A stretch of 56,534 bases of DNA from Candidatus Yanofskybacteria bacterium (lineage in GTDB: Bacteria > Patescibacteriota > Minisyncoccia > 2-02-FULL-40-12 > GWA2-44-9). Position numbers and translations under genes: made by a program. The stretch spans positions 1-56,534 of the forward strand of contig JADLBM010000012.1 of the NCBI GenBank assembly GCA_020847715.1, given 5' to 3'. The notes under the pieces are model-generated. The model did not search any database and was not told the origin of the DNA. It worked only from the letters and a program-made list of their open reading frames with translations. Of this stretch, positions 41,425 through 50,190 are shown piece after piece (the stretch's first letter is position 1; every line of letters begins with the position of its first letter).

Positions 41425-43167
41425 ATGGAAGAACCCTCCTCACTCGCACAAGCTCTCGCACCATCAGCGCTCCACATCACCCCGAACTACCTTCAGGTGG
41501 GGGACAAGTACGCGCGGACAATTGTTATCGCGTCGTATCCGCGCTACCTGAACGCGAGCTGGCTCTCTCCCATCATCAACCTCGATAAAGTTCTCGATGT
41601 CGCTCTCTTTGTAAACCCTCAGCCGACCGCGACCGTCCTCAAGCAGCTGCGCGACAAGCTTGCACATGTGCAGGCGCAGATTATGGAAGAAGAAGCCGCC
41701 GGCAAGGTTCGTAATCCAGTCCTCGAGACGGCGGCTCAGGACATCGAGGCGCTCCGTGACGAGCTCCAGCAGGGGACCGAGCGATTCTTCCAGATGGGGC
41801 TCTACCTCACCATCTACGAGAATAGTCCGCAGGAACTCGACGAAACAGAAAAGACCATCCGCAGCATTCTCGAGGGTCAACTGGTTGTCTCGAAGCAGGC
41901 GACATTCCGTATGCTCGAAGGATTTTTGACGACCTCGCCGCTTGCCGATGATCGCATTCAGGCGCTTACCGCACTAAATACCCAGCCAGTTGCATCCACG
42001 TTCCCATTCATCTCAAGCGACCTCACAAGCGATTCGGGTATCCTCTACGGCATCAACACCACGAATAATTCCCTCGTGCTATTCGACCGCTTCTCGCTCG
42101 AAAACGCGAACTCTGTGTTGTTCGCAAAGTCTGGAGCCGGAAAGAGCTACACCGTAAAGCTCGAGATTTTGCGCTCGCTTATCCTCGGCACTCAAATCCT
42201 CGTCATCGATCCGGAGGATGAGTACAAGTACCTCAGCGATACGGTCGGAGGAACGAATGTGAAGATCTCTATCAACTCCGACCAACACATCAATCCGTTC
42301 GATTTGCCAACCCCGAAGGATGAGGAGTCGTGGAGCGATGTGTTCAATTCGCATATTCTCGGACTCGCCGGGCTCATCAAGCTCCTCATGGGAGGTGCGC
42401 TGTCGCCTGAAGAGGAGTCCCTCATCGACCAGGCGCTCATCCAGACGTACGCCCTCAAAGACATCGTGCCCGATACGGATTTCTCAAACCTGCCACCACC
42501 CGTCCTGAGCGACCTCCAAAGCATTCTCGAAGGCACTGCCGGAGCGGAACGCATGGCAACACGGTTAAAGAAATTCACCGAGGGAACCTTTGCAGGATTC
42601 CTTAACAATCCGACCAACGTCCCGCTGGATAACCAACTCGTCGTCTTTGGCATCCGCGATCTCGAGGATGAACTTCGTCCCGTCGCGATGTATTCCGTAC
42701 TCAACTACATCTGGACACAGGTTCGCCGCGACCGAAAGAAACGCATTCTCGTTGTTGATGAAGCGTGGTGGATTATGAAGTTTCCGGTAGGAGCCGACTT
42801 CCTCTTCAACATCGCGAAGCGCGGCCGTAAATACTATGTCGGGCTCACGACCATTAGTCAGGACATTCCGGACTTCATGAGCGCACCTCAAGGAAAAGCC
42901 ATTGTCACAAACTCGTCCATCCAGGTGCTTATGAAGCAGTCTCCCGCGGCAATCGACGTCATCCAACAGACATTCAACCTGACCGACTCAGAAAAATACT
43001 ACCTCCTCGAAGCTCGCGTCGGGTTTGGCCTATTCTTCCTCGGCGCAAACCATGTCGGCCTTCGGGTGCTTGCCTCGTATGCGGAGGATCAGATTATCAC
43101 CTCAGACCCGAAACAACTCCTCGAGATCGAAAAGGCAAAACAGGAGTGGGCGAAACTAAACACATAG
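41425..43167 (+). CDS. VirB4/TrbE-like T4SS ATPase (central and ATPase domains)
   Basis: YARTIVIASYPRYLNASWLSPII, Walker A FAKSGAGKSYT, Walker B ILVVDEAWW. 580 aa. Same frame as 40780-41421. Confidence 0.85.
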   Translation: MEEPSSLAQALAPSALHITPNYLQVGDKYARTIVIASYPRYLNASWLSPIINLDKVLDVALFVNPQPTATVLKQLRDKLAHVQAQIMEEEAAGKVRNPVLETAAQDIEALRDELQQGTERFFQMGLYLTIYENSPQELDETEKTIRSILEGQLVVSKQATFRMLEGFLTTSPLADDRIQALTALNTQPVASTFPFISSDLTSDSGILYGINTTNNSLVLFDRFSLENANSVLFAKSGAGKSYTVKLEILRSLILGTQILVIDPEDEYKYLSDTVGGTNVKISINSDQHINPFDLPTPKDEESWSDVFNSHILGLAGLIKLLMGGALSPEEESLIDQALIQTYALKDIVPDTDFSNLPPPVLSDLQSILEGTAGAERMATRLKKFTEGTFAGFLNNPTNVPLDNQLVVFGIRDLEDELRPVAMYSVLNYIWTQVRRDRKKRILVVDEAWWIMKFPVGADFLFNIAKRGRKYYVGLTTISQDIPDFMSAPQGKAIVTNSSIQVLMKQSPAAIDVIQQTFNLTDSEKYYLLEARVGFGLFFLGANHVGLRVLASYAEDQIITSDPKQLLEIEKAKQEWAKLNT

Positions 43168-43168
43168 C

Positions 43169-44230
43169 ATGCCGGAAACGCTCCCACCAACGCAACCACA
43201 CACTCCTCCCGTGCCATCGACACGGGGGTCTGTCCCGCTCTACAACTTGGGAGACAAGGTGTGGCAGGGAGCGTCAGCGAAGTCGGTCGGAGAGATCAGC
43301 GGGGAGGGCATCCAAGAAGCGGGGATGAACATCGCCGAAAGCCGGAGGATTAAAAGAGACGTCCGGGAAACGCGTCGCGTCTACGATATTGCGTCCACTT
43401 CCGGAGCGACCACTCGAGCGCAGGGGGTGAGAACAGCGGGAGCGGCGCTCTCACTACCAAACCTTCCCCAAGAGATGCGCAGACTCGCCGAGCGGCTCCG
43501 CTGGCTCGTTTCGGACAACAAGCGAAAGAGCGGAGAGCGGGCAAAAGAGTTCGCCGCTATTCAAAAAGCGATCAAACGATCGTTCATCGGTATCACCGGA
43601 CTCGCCCTCTACATTGCGGTTGCCGCCGATATTCTCAGCATCTTTGATGCGGGGTGGATTATTTCATGGGCAATCCCGATCGTCTTATTCTTCGTTGCTC
43701 GGCGTATTGGAACGATCAACAAGGGCGCTGAACGCGCACAAAAGGCATACGCGGCAACCGTACGAGAGCTTCAGCTCATCAATCAGCGCCTCGGCGGCAT
43801 CCCTGGACAACAACGCCGCCCAGTTCTTGCTGGTCTCGCCGAGCAGCTCCAAGGAAAAGTCGGCCCGTATATGACCAGATTCATTCTCGAAACTGCGGGC
43901 ATCCAGGGATTTGAGCTCATACCGATTCTCGATTGGCTTCCCGCATATACCGGGGGAGTTGTGAAAGTCGCCATCGACCAGTACAACGCATACAAGAAAG
44001 CTCAGCGCATGCTCCCTCCACTCCAGACTGCTTTCGCTCGCCTCGAACAACTCGAGACGGAAGAGGTCGCGGCGCTCGAAGCTCAGCTCCGTGAAGCGCT
44101 CGCCCTGTACGAGCCCGAGTTCTTCGAGCAGCCGTATGTGCCAGAAGCGGCTCCCCGCATCACAGACATCGCCCAGCCATCGACGCGAGCATTCGAAGCG
44201 CCGCCGCTTGTACCCGAACCAGCGCTATGA
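43169..44230 (+). CDS. Hypothetical membrane protein (353 aa)
   Basis: Starts 1 nt after the VirB4 stop. Central TM pair (ITGLALYIAVAADILSIF / IISWAIPIVLFFVA). Confidence 0.5.
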   Translation: MPETLPPTQPHTPPVPSTRGSVPLYNLGDKVWQGASAKSVGEISGEGIQEAGMNIAESRRIKRDVRETRRVYDIASTSGATTRAQGVRTAGAALSLPNLPQEMRRLAERLRWLVSDNKRKSGERAKEFAAIQKAIKRSFIGITGLALYIAVAADILSIFDAGWIISWAIPIVLFFVARRIGTINKGAERAQKAYAATVRELQLINQRLGGIPGQQRRPVLAGLAEQLQGKVGPYMTRFILETAGIQGFELIPILDWLPAYTGGVVKVAIDQYNAYKKAQRMLPPLQTAFARLEQLETEEVAALEAQLREALALYEPEFFEQPYVPEAAPRITDIAQPSTRAFEAPPLVPEPAL

Positions 44231-45384
44231 CCACATTCCACTCAGAACTAAACTTCGCCAGTCCGCAGGGACTTCGTCCTCGAAGACTTATGCCGTTCGC
44301 ACTCACAGCCGTTCTCTCTGTGGTCGTCGGTGGCGCTCTTGTATGGAACACGGCGACGCGCAACACCACCGCAACGATATCCAATGCAACGATAAGCGCG
44401 ACCCCCTCGCCAACCTCTTCACCTGGTATTTCGCGGGCGCTCCCGAAAACTATCAGCGAACATGCGGTGAGCTCGGTCGCTCACGGCCTCGCACAAGATA
44501 CGGTTAGGTACTACGAACAGGAAACCGGCCGCGCATTTCTCATCGATCTTCGCACTCTCAAGACCGAGACACTCTCAGATCGGAAGCTCCCTGGATTTAT
44601 TCAGTCGTACTGGGTACCGAACGCGAACCGCGTCATCTCATTATTCTCGGAATCTCGCGGATCTCAGTATCGCTACTACGATTACCAAACGAAGGAAACG
44701 CGCACCATCGGCTCGTCGATCTCGACGCTCGCTATCTCGCCGAACGGTCGCCGCATCGCGTTCATCGACACCGCAGGGGAGGACCAGGCGCTCTACATCG
44801 CAGATACCAATGGAACATCAGTACGCAAGGTGCTTGGCACGCGCGCCCAACAGGTCGCCCTCACCTGGCCGCGTGAGGACGCGCTCGTACTCACCTCAAA
44901 GCGCCCTGACCGCGCAGGAAGCGACATGGCCATCATCGGCCTGAGCGGAGAACTCCGTGTACTCATGTCGAACCGAGAAAATCTGGAGTATGCTTGGTCA
45001 CCGGACGGATCTCGTCTACTGTTCTCATACTTCTACCCGGGGAGGGGAATCACGCTGTGGTATCGGACACTCGACCGCGACCTCGATATTGCGGTCCCAC
45101 TCTCAACGAGCGCGCGAAAATGCGCATGGCACACGTCGCTTGAGAAAATCACCTGCGGCATCCCGACGACGACCACACTCTCCCGAGACACCCCTTCCGA
45201 CCGCACTGCAACCATCGACGATATTGCGACCTTTGATCTGCAGGCCGGGACCCTCACGACACACTATCAGGGGACGACAACAAATCTCCTCGGGGTCATT
45301 GACCCCTCACTCTCTTCGTCGGAACGCTACTTCCTTTTTACGAACATCTTCGACCGCCGACTTTCGATGGTAGAGCTTCCGTAG
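44227..45384 (+). CDS. N-terminally anchored TolB-like (PD40/WD40-like) beta-propeller protein
   Basis: TM, then repeated motifs ISPNGRRIAFID...LYIADTNG and WSPDGSRLLFSY. Confidence 0.6.
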   Translation: MTTFHSELNFASPQGLRPRRLMPFALTAVLSVVVGGALVWNTATRNTTATISNATISATPSPTSSPGISRALPKTISEHAVSSVAHGLAQDTVRYYEQETGRAFLIDLRTLKTETLSDRKLPGFIQSYWVPNANRVISLFSESRGSQYRYYDYQTKETRTIGSSISTLAISPNGRRIAFIDTAGEDQALYIADTNGTSVRKVLGTRAQQVALTWPREDALVLTSKRPDRAGSDMAIIGLSGELRVLMSNRENLEYAWSPDGSRLLFSYFYPGRGITLWYRTLDRDLDIAVPLSTSARKCAWHTSLEKITCGIPTTTTLSRDTPSDRTATIDDIATFDLQAGTLTTHYQGTTTNLLGVIDPSLSSSERYFLFTNIFDRRLSMVELP

Positions 45385-45387
45385 AAG

Positions 45388-45846
45388 CTAGAGCGGCTTA
45401 ATGACGACACGGCGATGCGGGTCTTGCCCGACACTTTCAGTTGTGAGGTCGCTGTACGCAGCGAGTTCTGTGTGAACGATTCGACGTTCGTATGAGCTCA
45501 TCGGATTGAGCGCCTCGGAGCGGCGCGTTTCCCGAACGCGATCGGCGGCGTTTTTCACTGCGGTCACAAAAAGCTGCATCTGCTCGGCGTGGTAATCGTT
45601 CACATCCAGCGCGATGGCGTGATTGGTAGGATTCTTCCGCGCCCACATCGCACGAACGATATGTTCGAGTGCTTTGAGATTCTGCCCACCCTTCCCGATT
45701 AAAAGCTTCCCGTGCTCTTCCGAGCGTATCGTAACGGCGATCGGACCCTGTTCTGAGGGTGTCACCGTGATATCACACGGGATTTGAAGATACCCCGTGA
45801 GCTCCTTCACGAATGCGGTCAGTGTATCGATATCGCTTGCTTGCAT
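45388..45846 (-). CDS. jag: Jag/SpoIIIJ-associated RNA-binding protein (KH + R3H)
   Basis: Start at ATG 45846. KH GKGGQNLKALEH and R3H SYERRIVHTEL. Lies downstream of yidC. Confidence 0.8.
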   Translation of the reverse strand: MQASDIDTLTAFVKELTGYLQIPCDITVTPSEQGPIAVTIRSEEHGKLLIGKGGQNLKALEHIVRAMWARKNPTNHAIALDVNDYHAEQMQLFVTAVKNAADRVRETRRSEALNPMSSYERRIVHTELAAYSDLTTESVGQDPHRRVVIKPL

Positions 45847-45860
45847 GGAGGTAGTATGAA

Positions 45861-46532
45861 TTATCGCCGCCTCAAATACAACTGTTCTCCCAATGACCAA
45901 AGCGTTGTCACAACCCAGTACAGTGCGAGTCCGGCGGGGAGGTTCCAACTCACCACAATAATGATAACCGGAAGGAGGTAGGTCATCTGCTGGTTCAGTG
46001 CGGTTGCCTGCGGGGAACCCGCCTGCTGCCGCATGGAAACGCGTGCCTGAACAAACTGCGCAACACCGGCGGTAATCGCGAGAATAGGGCTCCTCTTACT
46101 GATATCGAGCACGCCGAGCATAATGTGATTCACCGTTCCCGGATCGGGGACAAAGCGGTAGAGGAGGTCGAGCGTCTCCGGCTTGAAGATATTCAAAAAT
46201 ACGCGGTAGACACCGAATAAAACGGGAAGCTGGAGAACGAGGGGGAGGCATCCCGCAAGCGGACTCACTCCTTTCTCCCGATAGAGCGCCATCACCGCTT
46301 CGGATTGTGCCTGTGTGTCGCCTTTGTGCTTCGCTTTAATAGCCTCGATATCCGGCGCAAGCTCAGCCATCGCTTTCTGTGACTTCGCCGTCTTCAGAGA
46401 GAGGGGGAGTAACACAGCACGCACCAAGACCGTCATCGCGATAATAGCAACACCGAGATCGCCCACCGCAACCGTTCCATACAAATAGATGGTTAAGTTC
46501 AGAATTGGCCGATAGATGATTTCGGTAAACAT
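45861..46532 (-). CDS. yidC: Membrane protein insertase YidC (short form)
   Basis: 223 aa. LPLSLKTAKSQKAM, GCLPLVLQLPVLFGVY, and the rnpA-yidD-yidC synteny. Confidence 0.9.
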   Translation of the reverse strand: MFTEIIYRPILNLTIYLYGTVAVGDLGVAIIAMTVLVRAVLLPLSLKTAKSQKAMAELAPDIEAIKAKHKGDTQAQSEAVMALYREKGVSPLAGCLPLVLQLPVLFGVYRVFLNIFKPETLDLLYRFVPDPGTVNHIMLGVLDISKRSPILAITAGVAQFVQARVSMRQQAGSPQATALNQQMTYLLPVIIIVVSWNLPAGLALYWVVTTLWSLGEQLYLRRR

Positions 46533-46538
46533 GAGTGG

Positions 46539-46772
46539 CTATGAGTGAGTGGTCTTTCCGAGCGGCACAAATGGGCTACACCGGAGGAATCGCATCAAAG
46601 CCGCACCAGAACCGCGAATTGGACCTCGGGTCTCAATTGCTTGGACGGCATACTCGGAGCATGTCGGCCACGAACGGCATCCGGAAACAGGGACGAAAAA
46701 TGGGTTGCCGCTCATCATATGCCTACTTACCCACTGGTAGAACCGAATGCCTTGTATGAGCACGCTCTTCAT
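46539..46772 (-). CDS. yidD: Membrane protein insertion efficiency factor YidD
   Basis: YQ...S......C...PTCSEYA......G...G..L...R..RC.PF pattern. 77 aa. Confidence 0.85.
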   Translation of the reverse strand: MKSVLIQGIRFYQWVSRHMMSGNPFFVPVSGCRSWPTCSEYAVQAIETRGPIRGSGAALMRFLRCSPFVPLGKTTHS

Positions 46773-47122
46773 CGGGAAAGGATACCAGATTTTTCCATGA
46801 GAATCAGTAGCTCGTGCTCGAGCGTCTTTCCCGAGGGAAGCGGAAGTTGCTTCACCGAAAATACCGCCGCAACATCTGGTCTTACCGTGCGCTGCTGCAT
46901 AATCCGCCGAATCGCTTCCGAGACCCTGCGCCGCGCCCCACTCCGTAGGACGGCCGTCGGGGCAACCTTCACAGGAACTGTAACACTGTATCGCATCGCA
47001 GAGGAAGGATTGCTGCGCTGCGCACGGATAGAGAGGTGCGCCGAGGAGGTGGGGCGAACTGTACGAAAGATCGCGGCAAATGCCCGCACTCCTCGAATCT
47101 TATTTTTCGCTGGAATCGCCAT
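46769..47122 (-). CDS. rnpA: Ribonuclease P protein component
   Basis: 117 aa basic protein between rpmH and yidD, with a 4-nt overlap with yidD. Confidence 0.8.
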   Translation of the reverse strand: MAIPAKNKIRGVRAFAAIFRTVRPTSSAHLSIRAQRSNPSSAMRYSVTVPVKVAPTAVLRSGARRRVSEAIRRIMQQRTVRPDVAAVFSVKQLPLPSGKTLEHELLILMEKSGILSR

Positions 47123-47133
47123 ACGTGGTACGG

Positions 47134-47166
47134 AAAACCGCCCCGACGGTGTGCCGGGGCGGTTTT
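47134..47166 (-). terminator. Hairpin (attenuator/terminator) between rpmH and rnpA
   Basis: 11-bp stem AAAACCGCCCC/GGGGCGGTTTT directly after the rpmH stop codon. Confidence 0.5.
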
Positions 47167-47303
47167 TATACGGAAAGCTTCGCCCGTCCTCTGCTCCTTC
47201 GTCGTGCGATTACTTTTCGTCCTGACTTCTTATGCATACGGGAAAGAAACCCGTGTTTCCTGCTCCGCTTTGCCTTCTTTGGGCGATAGCGCGTTATTTT
47301 CAT
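47166..47303 (-). CDS. rpmH: 50S ribosomal protein L34 (45 aa, below the ORF-track cutoff)
   Basis: My own translation: [45 protein letters not shown]. Classical position upstream of rnpA. Confidence 0.9.
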   Translation of the reverse strand: MKITRYRPKKAKRSRKHGFLSRMHKKSGRKVIARRRSRGRAKLSV

Positions 47304-47439
47304 AATGTGGTCTGCCGGTGCGAAGCACTCGGCGCTGAGTAATGAGCAGTCTACTATGTTTGAGAATGCAAGTCAATATTTACCCGATTTCTCCACTTGT
47401 TATAAACACTCTATCAACTTATTCGGGCTTTCTGCCCGC

Positions 47440-47467
47440 TTGAGCGAGGTGCACCGAACGGTATACT
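47440..47467 (+). promoter_or_regulatory. Candidate dnaA promoter (would give a near-leaderless mRNA)
   Basis: TTGAGC, 16-nt spacer, TATACT. The -10 ends 10 nt before the ATG at 47478. Confidence 0.35.
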
Positions 47468-47477
47468 TGCGGCACAC

Positions 47478-48866
47478 ATGTCCTCCATTCCTCCCGAAGA
47501 TATTTGGAAAGCGGTGCTTGGAGAAATGGAACTTTCTCTTTCTCGCGCTCATTTCACAACGTGGTTCAAGAACACATCCATTGTTTCTCGTGATACAAAT
47601 TCGGCAACCGTCAGCGTTCCTAATGGTTTCGTGAAGGAATGGCTTGAGAATAAGTTCAACCGACAAATCCTCACATCGGTCCGGAAGCTTTGCAATGAAA
47701 TCCGCGAGATTCGGTATGTCGTTGGCCAGCCAAAGCCGGAACCTCTCCGCCAAGACATCTCGAAGATTATTATTGAGAAAGAGTTCCAAGAGCAAACAAC
47801 CGCAGACCAAAGTCAGGAGATCGACAAGGTTACGCATTTGAACAAGAAATACTCGTTTGACTCATTTATTGTCGGCTCGTCCAATGAATTAGCGTTCGCG
47901 TGTGCGCAATCAGTCGCCGCGAATCCGGGGAAAAACTACAACCCACTCTTTATTTACGGGGGAGTCGGCCTTGGAAAAACCCACCTCATCCAGTCGATCG
48001 GCAACAAACTCCTTTCTGATGTCCCCGAGCGAAAGGTGCTGTATACCTCCGGCGAAAAACTAACCGCGATTATCGTAGAGGCCATCCGAAATCGAACCAT
48101 CGAGGATATTAAGTCGGTTTACTCCCGTCTCGATCTTCTCGTCATCGACGACATTCAGTTTATTGCTGGAAAAGATAAGACACAGGAAGTTGTGTTCACC
48201 ATCTTCAATGAACTCCACAACCACAACAAGCAGGTCGTCTGCACTTCGGATCGTCCTCCGAAAGCGATACCCGCCATCGAAGAACGCCTTCAGTCGCGCC
48301 TCGAAGGGGGGATGTTGGTAGATATTAATATGCCAGACTTCGAGACTCGTCTCGCTATTTTGAAGCAAAAGGCGGCAGAACGCTCATCACCACTCACCGA
48401 CGAGGTGCTTTCGTATATCGCTACACACATCCAAAAGAATGTTCGGGAGCTTGAAGGAGCACTAAACCGCGTTATTGCACTCGCTCAGATCTACAACAGG
48501 ACCCCCGATCTAAAAGAGGTGAAAAACATTCTCACCGCCTACCTCTCGGTTCCATACCGAAAAACATCTCCGCAGGTCATTTTGAAAACGGTCGCTGATT
48601 TCTACAATATCTCCTCAGCGGACCTCACGAAGCGGAGTCGGAAAAAAGAGGTGGTAAAACCACGCCAAGTCGCCATGTTCCTCCTCCGTGAAGAGATTAA
48701 GCTTTCGTTCCCCGAGATTGGGCAAAAACTCGGCGGACGTGACCACTCAACGGTCATCCATGCCTGCGAGAAAATAAAGAAGGAGGAGGGAATTGATGAG
48801 CCGCTCAAGAATGAGATCACGATGATCCGCCAGCGTATTTATGACTCATTCGAGCACACTGGGTAG
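47478..48866 (+). CDS. dnaA: Chromosomal replication initiator DnaA
   Basis: AAA+ GGVGLGKTHL, LLVIDDIQF, and the C-terminal DNA-binding region (RQVAMFLLRE...GGRDHSTV). 462 aa. Confidence 0.95.
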   Translation: MSSIPPEDIWKAVLGEMELSLSRAHFTTWFKNTSIVSRDTNSATVSVPNGFVKEWLENKFNRQILTSVRKLCNEIREIRYVVGQPKPEPLRQDISKIIIEKEFQEQTTADQSQEIDKVTHLNKKYSFDSFIVGSSNELAFACAQSVAANPGKNYNPLFIYGGVGLGKTHLIQSIGNKLLSDVPERKVLYTSGEKLTAIIVEAIRNRTIEDIKSVYSRLDLLVIDDIQFIAGKDKTQEVVFTIFNELHNHNKQVVCTSDRPPKAIPAIEERLQSRLEGGMLVDINMPDFETRLAILKQKAAERSSPLTDEVLSYIATHIQKNVRELEGALNRVIALAQIYNRTPDLKEVKNILTAYLSVPYRKTSPQVILKTVADFYNISSADLTKRSRKKEVVKPRQVAMFLLREEIKLSFPEIGQKLGGRDHSTVIHACEKIKKEEGIDEPLKNEITMIRQRIYDSFEHTG

Positions 48867-49094
48867 GTGTGGAGAAGACTGTGGGAAAAGTGTTACTTTC
48901 TTGTGTCCGGATTCGCGATTACTTCCGTTCTCACCAATTCATCAACAATTGCCCCGCTGTAATCCGCTCGGAATCCACACTTCAAAAACGCTATTTTGTG
49001 AGGAGATACCAGAGAGAATTAGGTGCCCGTCCCCATATCAACAGCTCTAATAAGATATAGTAATATAGTTAGATTATAAGAGAGAAAAACAGAC
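48867..49094. promoter_or_regulatory. Candidate oriC segment: degenerate DnaA boxes plus AT-rich unwinding tract
   Basis: TGTGGAGAA (48868-48876, one mismatch to TGTGGATAA), TGTGGGAAA (48880-48888), GAATCCACA (48971-48979). AT-rich tract at about 49045-49090. Confidence 0.45.
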
Positions 49095-50186
49095 ATGAAG
49101 ATTACTGTGCACAAAGATAGATTAAGCCGAGCACTGGGGTTCGTCGAACGAATCACCTCAAAGAACGCGTCGCTCCCTATATTGAACAATGTCCTCTTAA
49201 AGACCGAGCATGGGCGATTAAAAGTTTCTGCGACGAATCTCGAGATTGGGGTAAGCTCTGTTATTGGTGCGAACATCGAGGAAGAAGGGCAAGTTGCTGT
49301 TCCCGGGCGAACACTCGCGGATTTTGTGAAGGGTATTCCTGGGGATACGCTTGAGATGGTGGTTCGCCAGAACACGCTCACCGTTTCGTCTGGTTCCTAC
49401 CAAACATCGATTCTCTGTTTTGATGCCGCGGAGTATCCGATCATCCCGAGAATAGAGGATGGGAAGCAGTATACAGTCCCCACAGAGACCCTTCAGCGCC
49501 TCATAGAGACGGTTGGAGACTCTATTGCGACCTCCGACTCGCGACCAGAGCTTTCGGGGGCTCTCCTGCGTTTTAACGGGGACTCTGTTTCGATGGCAGC
49601 GACCGATATCTTTCGACTTGCCGAACAAAAAGAGCTCGGTTCGTATGAGCCGTCATTTGCGGCGATTATTCCACGGGGGACGGTGTATGAGTTGCGGCGG
49701 GTGCTCGGGAGTCTTACCGGAGAGATACATATCCACGCAACAGAAAACCAGATTGCGTTTGTCCACGATGAGTGCGAGGTTGTTTCTCGTATAATCGACG
49801 GGAAATACCCCGACTACGCGAAAATTATTCCCGAACGCTCGGTCGCCAGAGTATTGGTCCGAAAAGACGAAGCCGAGAATGCAGTGAAGACGGCGGCGCT
49901 CTTTTCGTCGAGTATCTCCGATATTAAGCTGGAATGTGCTGGCGCAGAACTTACGATCACTGGGAAGAATTCGAATAAGGGAGAGGCGTACGCAGGTATC
50001 GAAGCAAATCTAAAAGGGGACCCGTTCGATGTGTCCATGAACTACCATTATTTCCTCGACGGGCTAAAAGCAATACCAACGGAGAAGGTGGTTCTTGAAT
50101 TCACAGGCAAAGGAAGTCCATTCGTTCTCAGGCCGAATAGTGATGACCACCATACGGTGTACCTCATTATGCCGCTCCGCAGTTGA
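49095..50186 (+). CDS. dnaN: DNA polymerase III beta sliding clamp
   Basis: 363 aa, three-domain clamp pattern (LPILNNVLL..., ...VYLIMPLR), located downstream of dnaA. Confidence 0.9.
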   Translation: MKITVHKDRLSRALGFVERITSKNASLPILNNVLLKTEHGRLKVSATNLEIGVSSVIGANIEEEGQVAVPGRTLADFVKGIPGDTLEMVVRQNTLTVSSGSYQTSILCFDAAEYPIIPRIEDGKQYTVPTETLQRLIETVGDSIATSDSRPELSGALLRFNGDSVSMAATDIFRLAEQKELGSYEPSFAAIIPRGTVYELRRVLGSLTGEIHIHATENQIAFVHDECEVVSRIIDGKYPDYAKIIPERSVARVLVRKDEAENAVKTAALFSSSISDIKLECAGAELTITGKNSNKGEAYAGIEANLKGDPFDVSMNYHYFLDGLKAIPTEKVVLEFTGKGSPFVLRPNSDDHHTVYLIMPLRS

Positions 50187-50190
50187 TTGT

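Noticed and set aside
32245-45384. A 13-kb plus-strand block (pcrA to the T4SS-like cluster) transcribed towards the presumed origin, meaning head-on with the leftward fork.
   Set aside because: Orientation across the whole left side of the window is mixed (171-12812 plus, 12886-25049 minus), so no strand-bias rule is evident. The origin position itself is only inferred.
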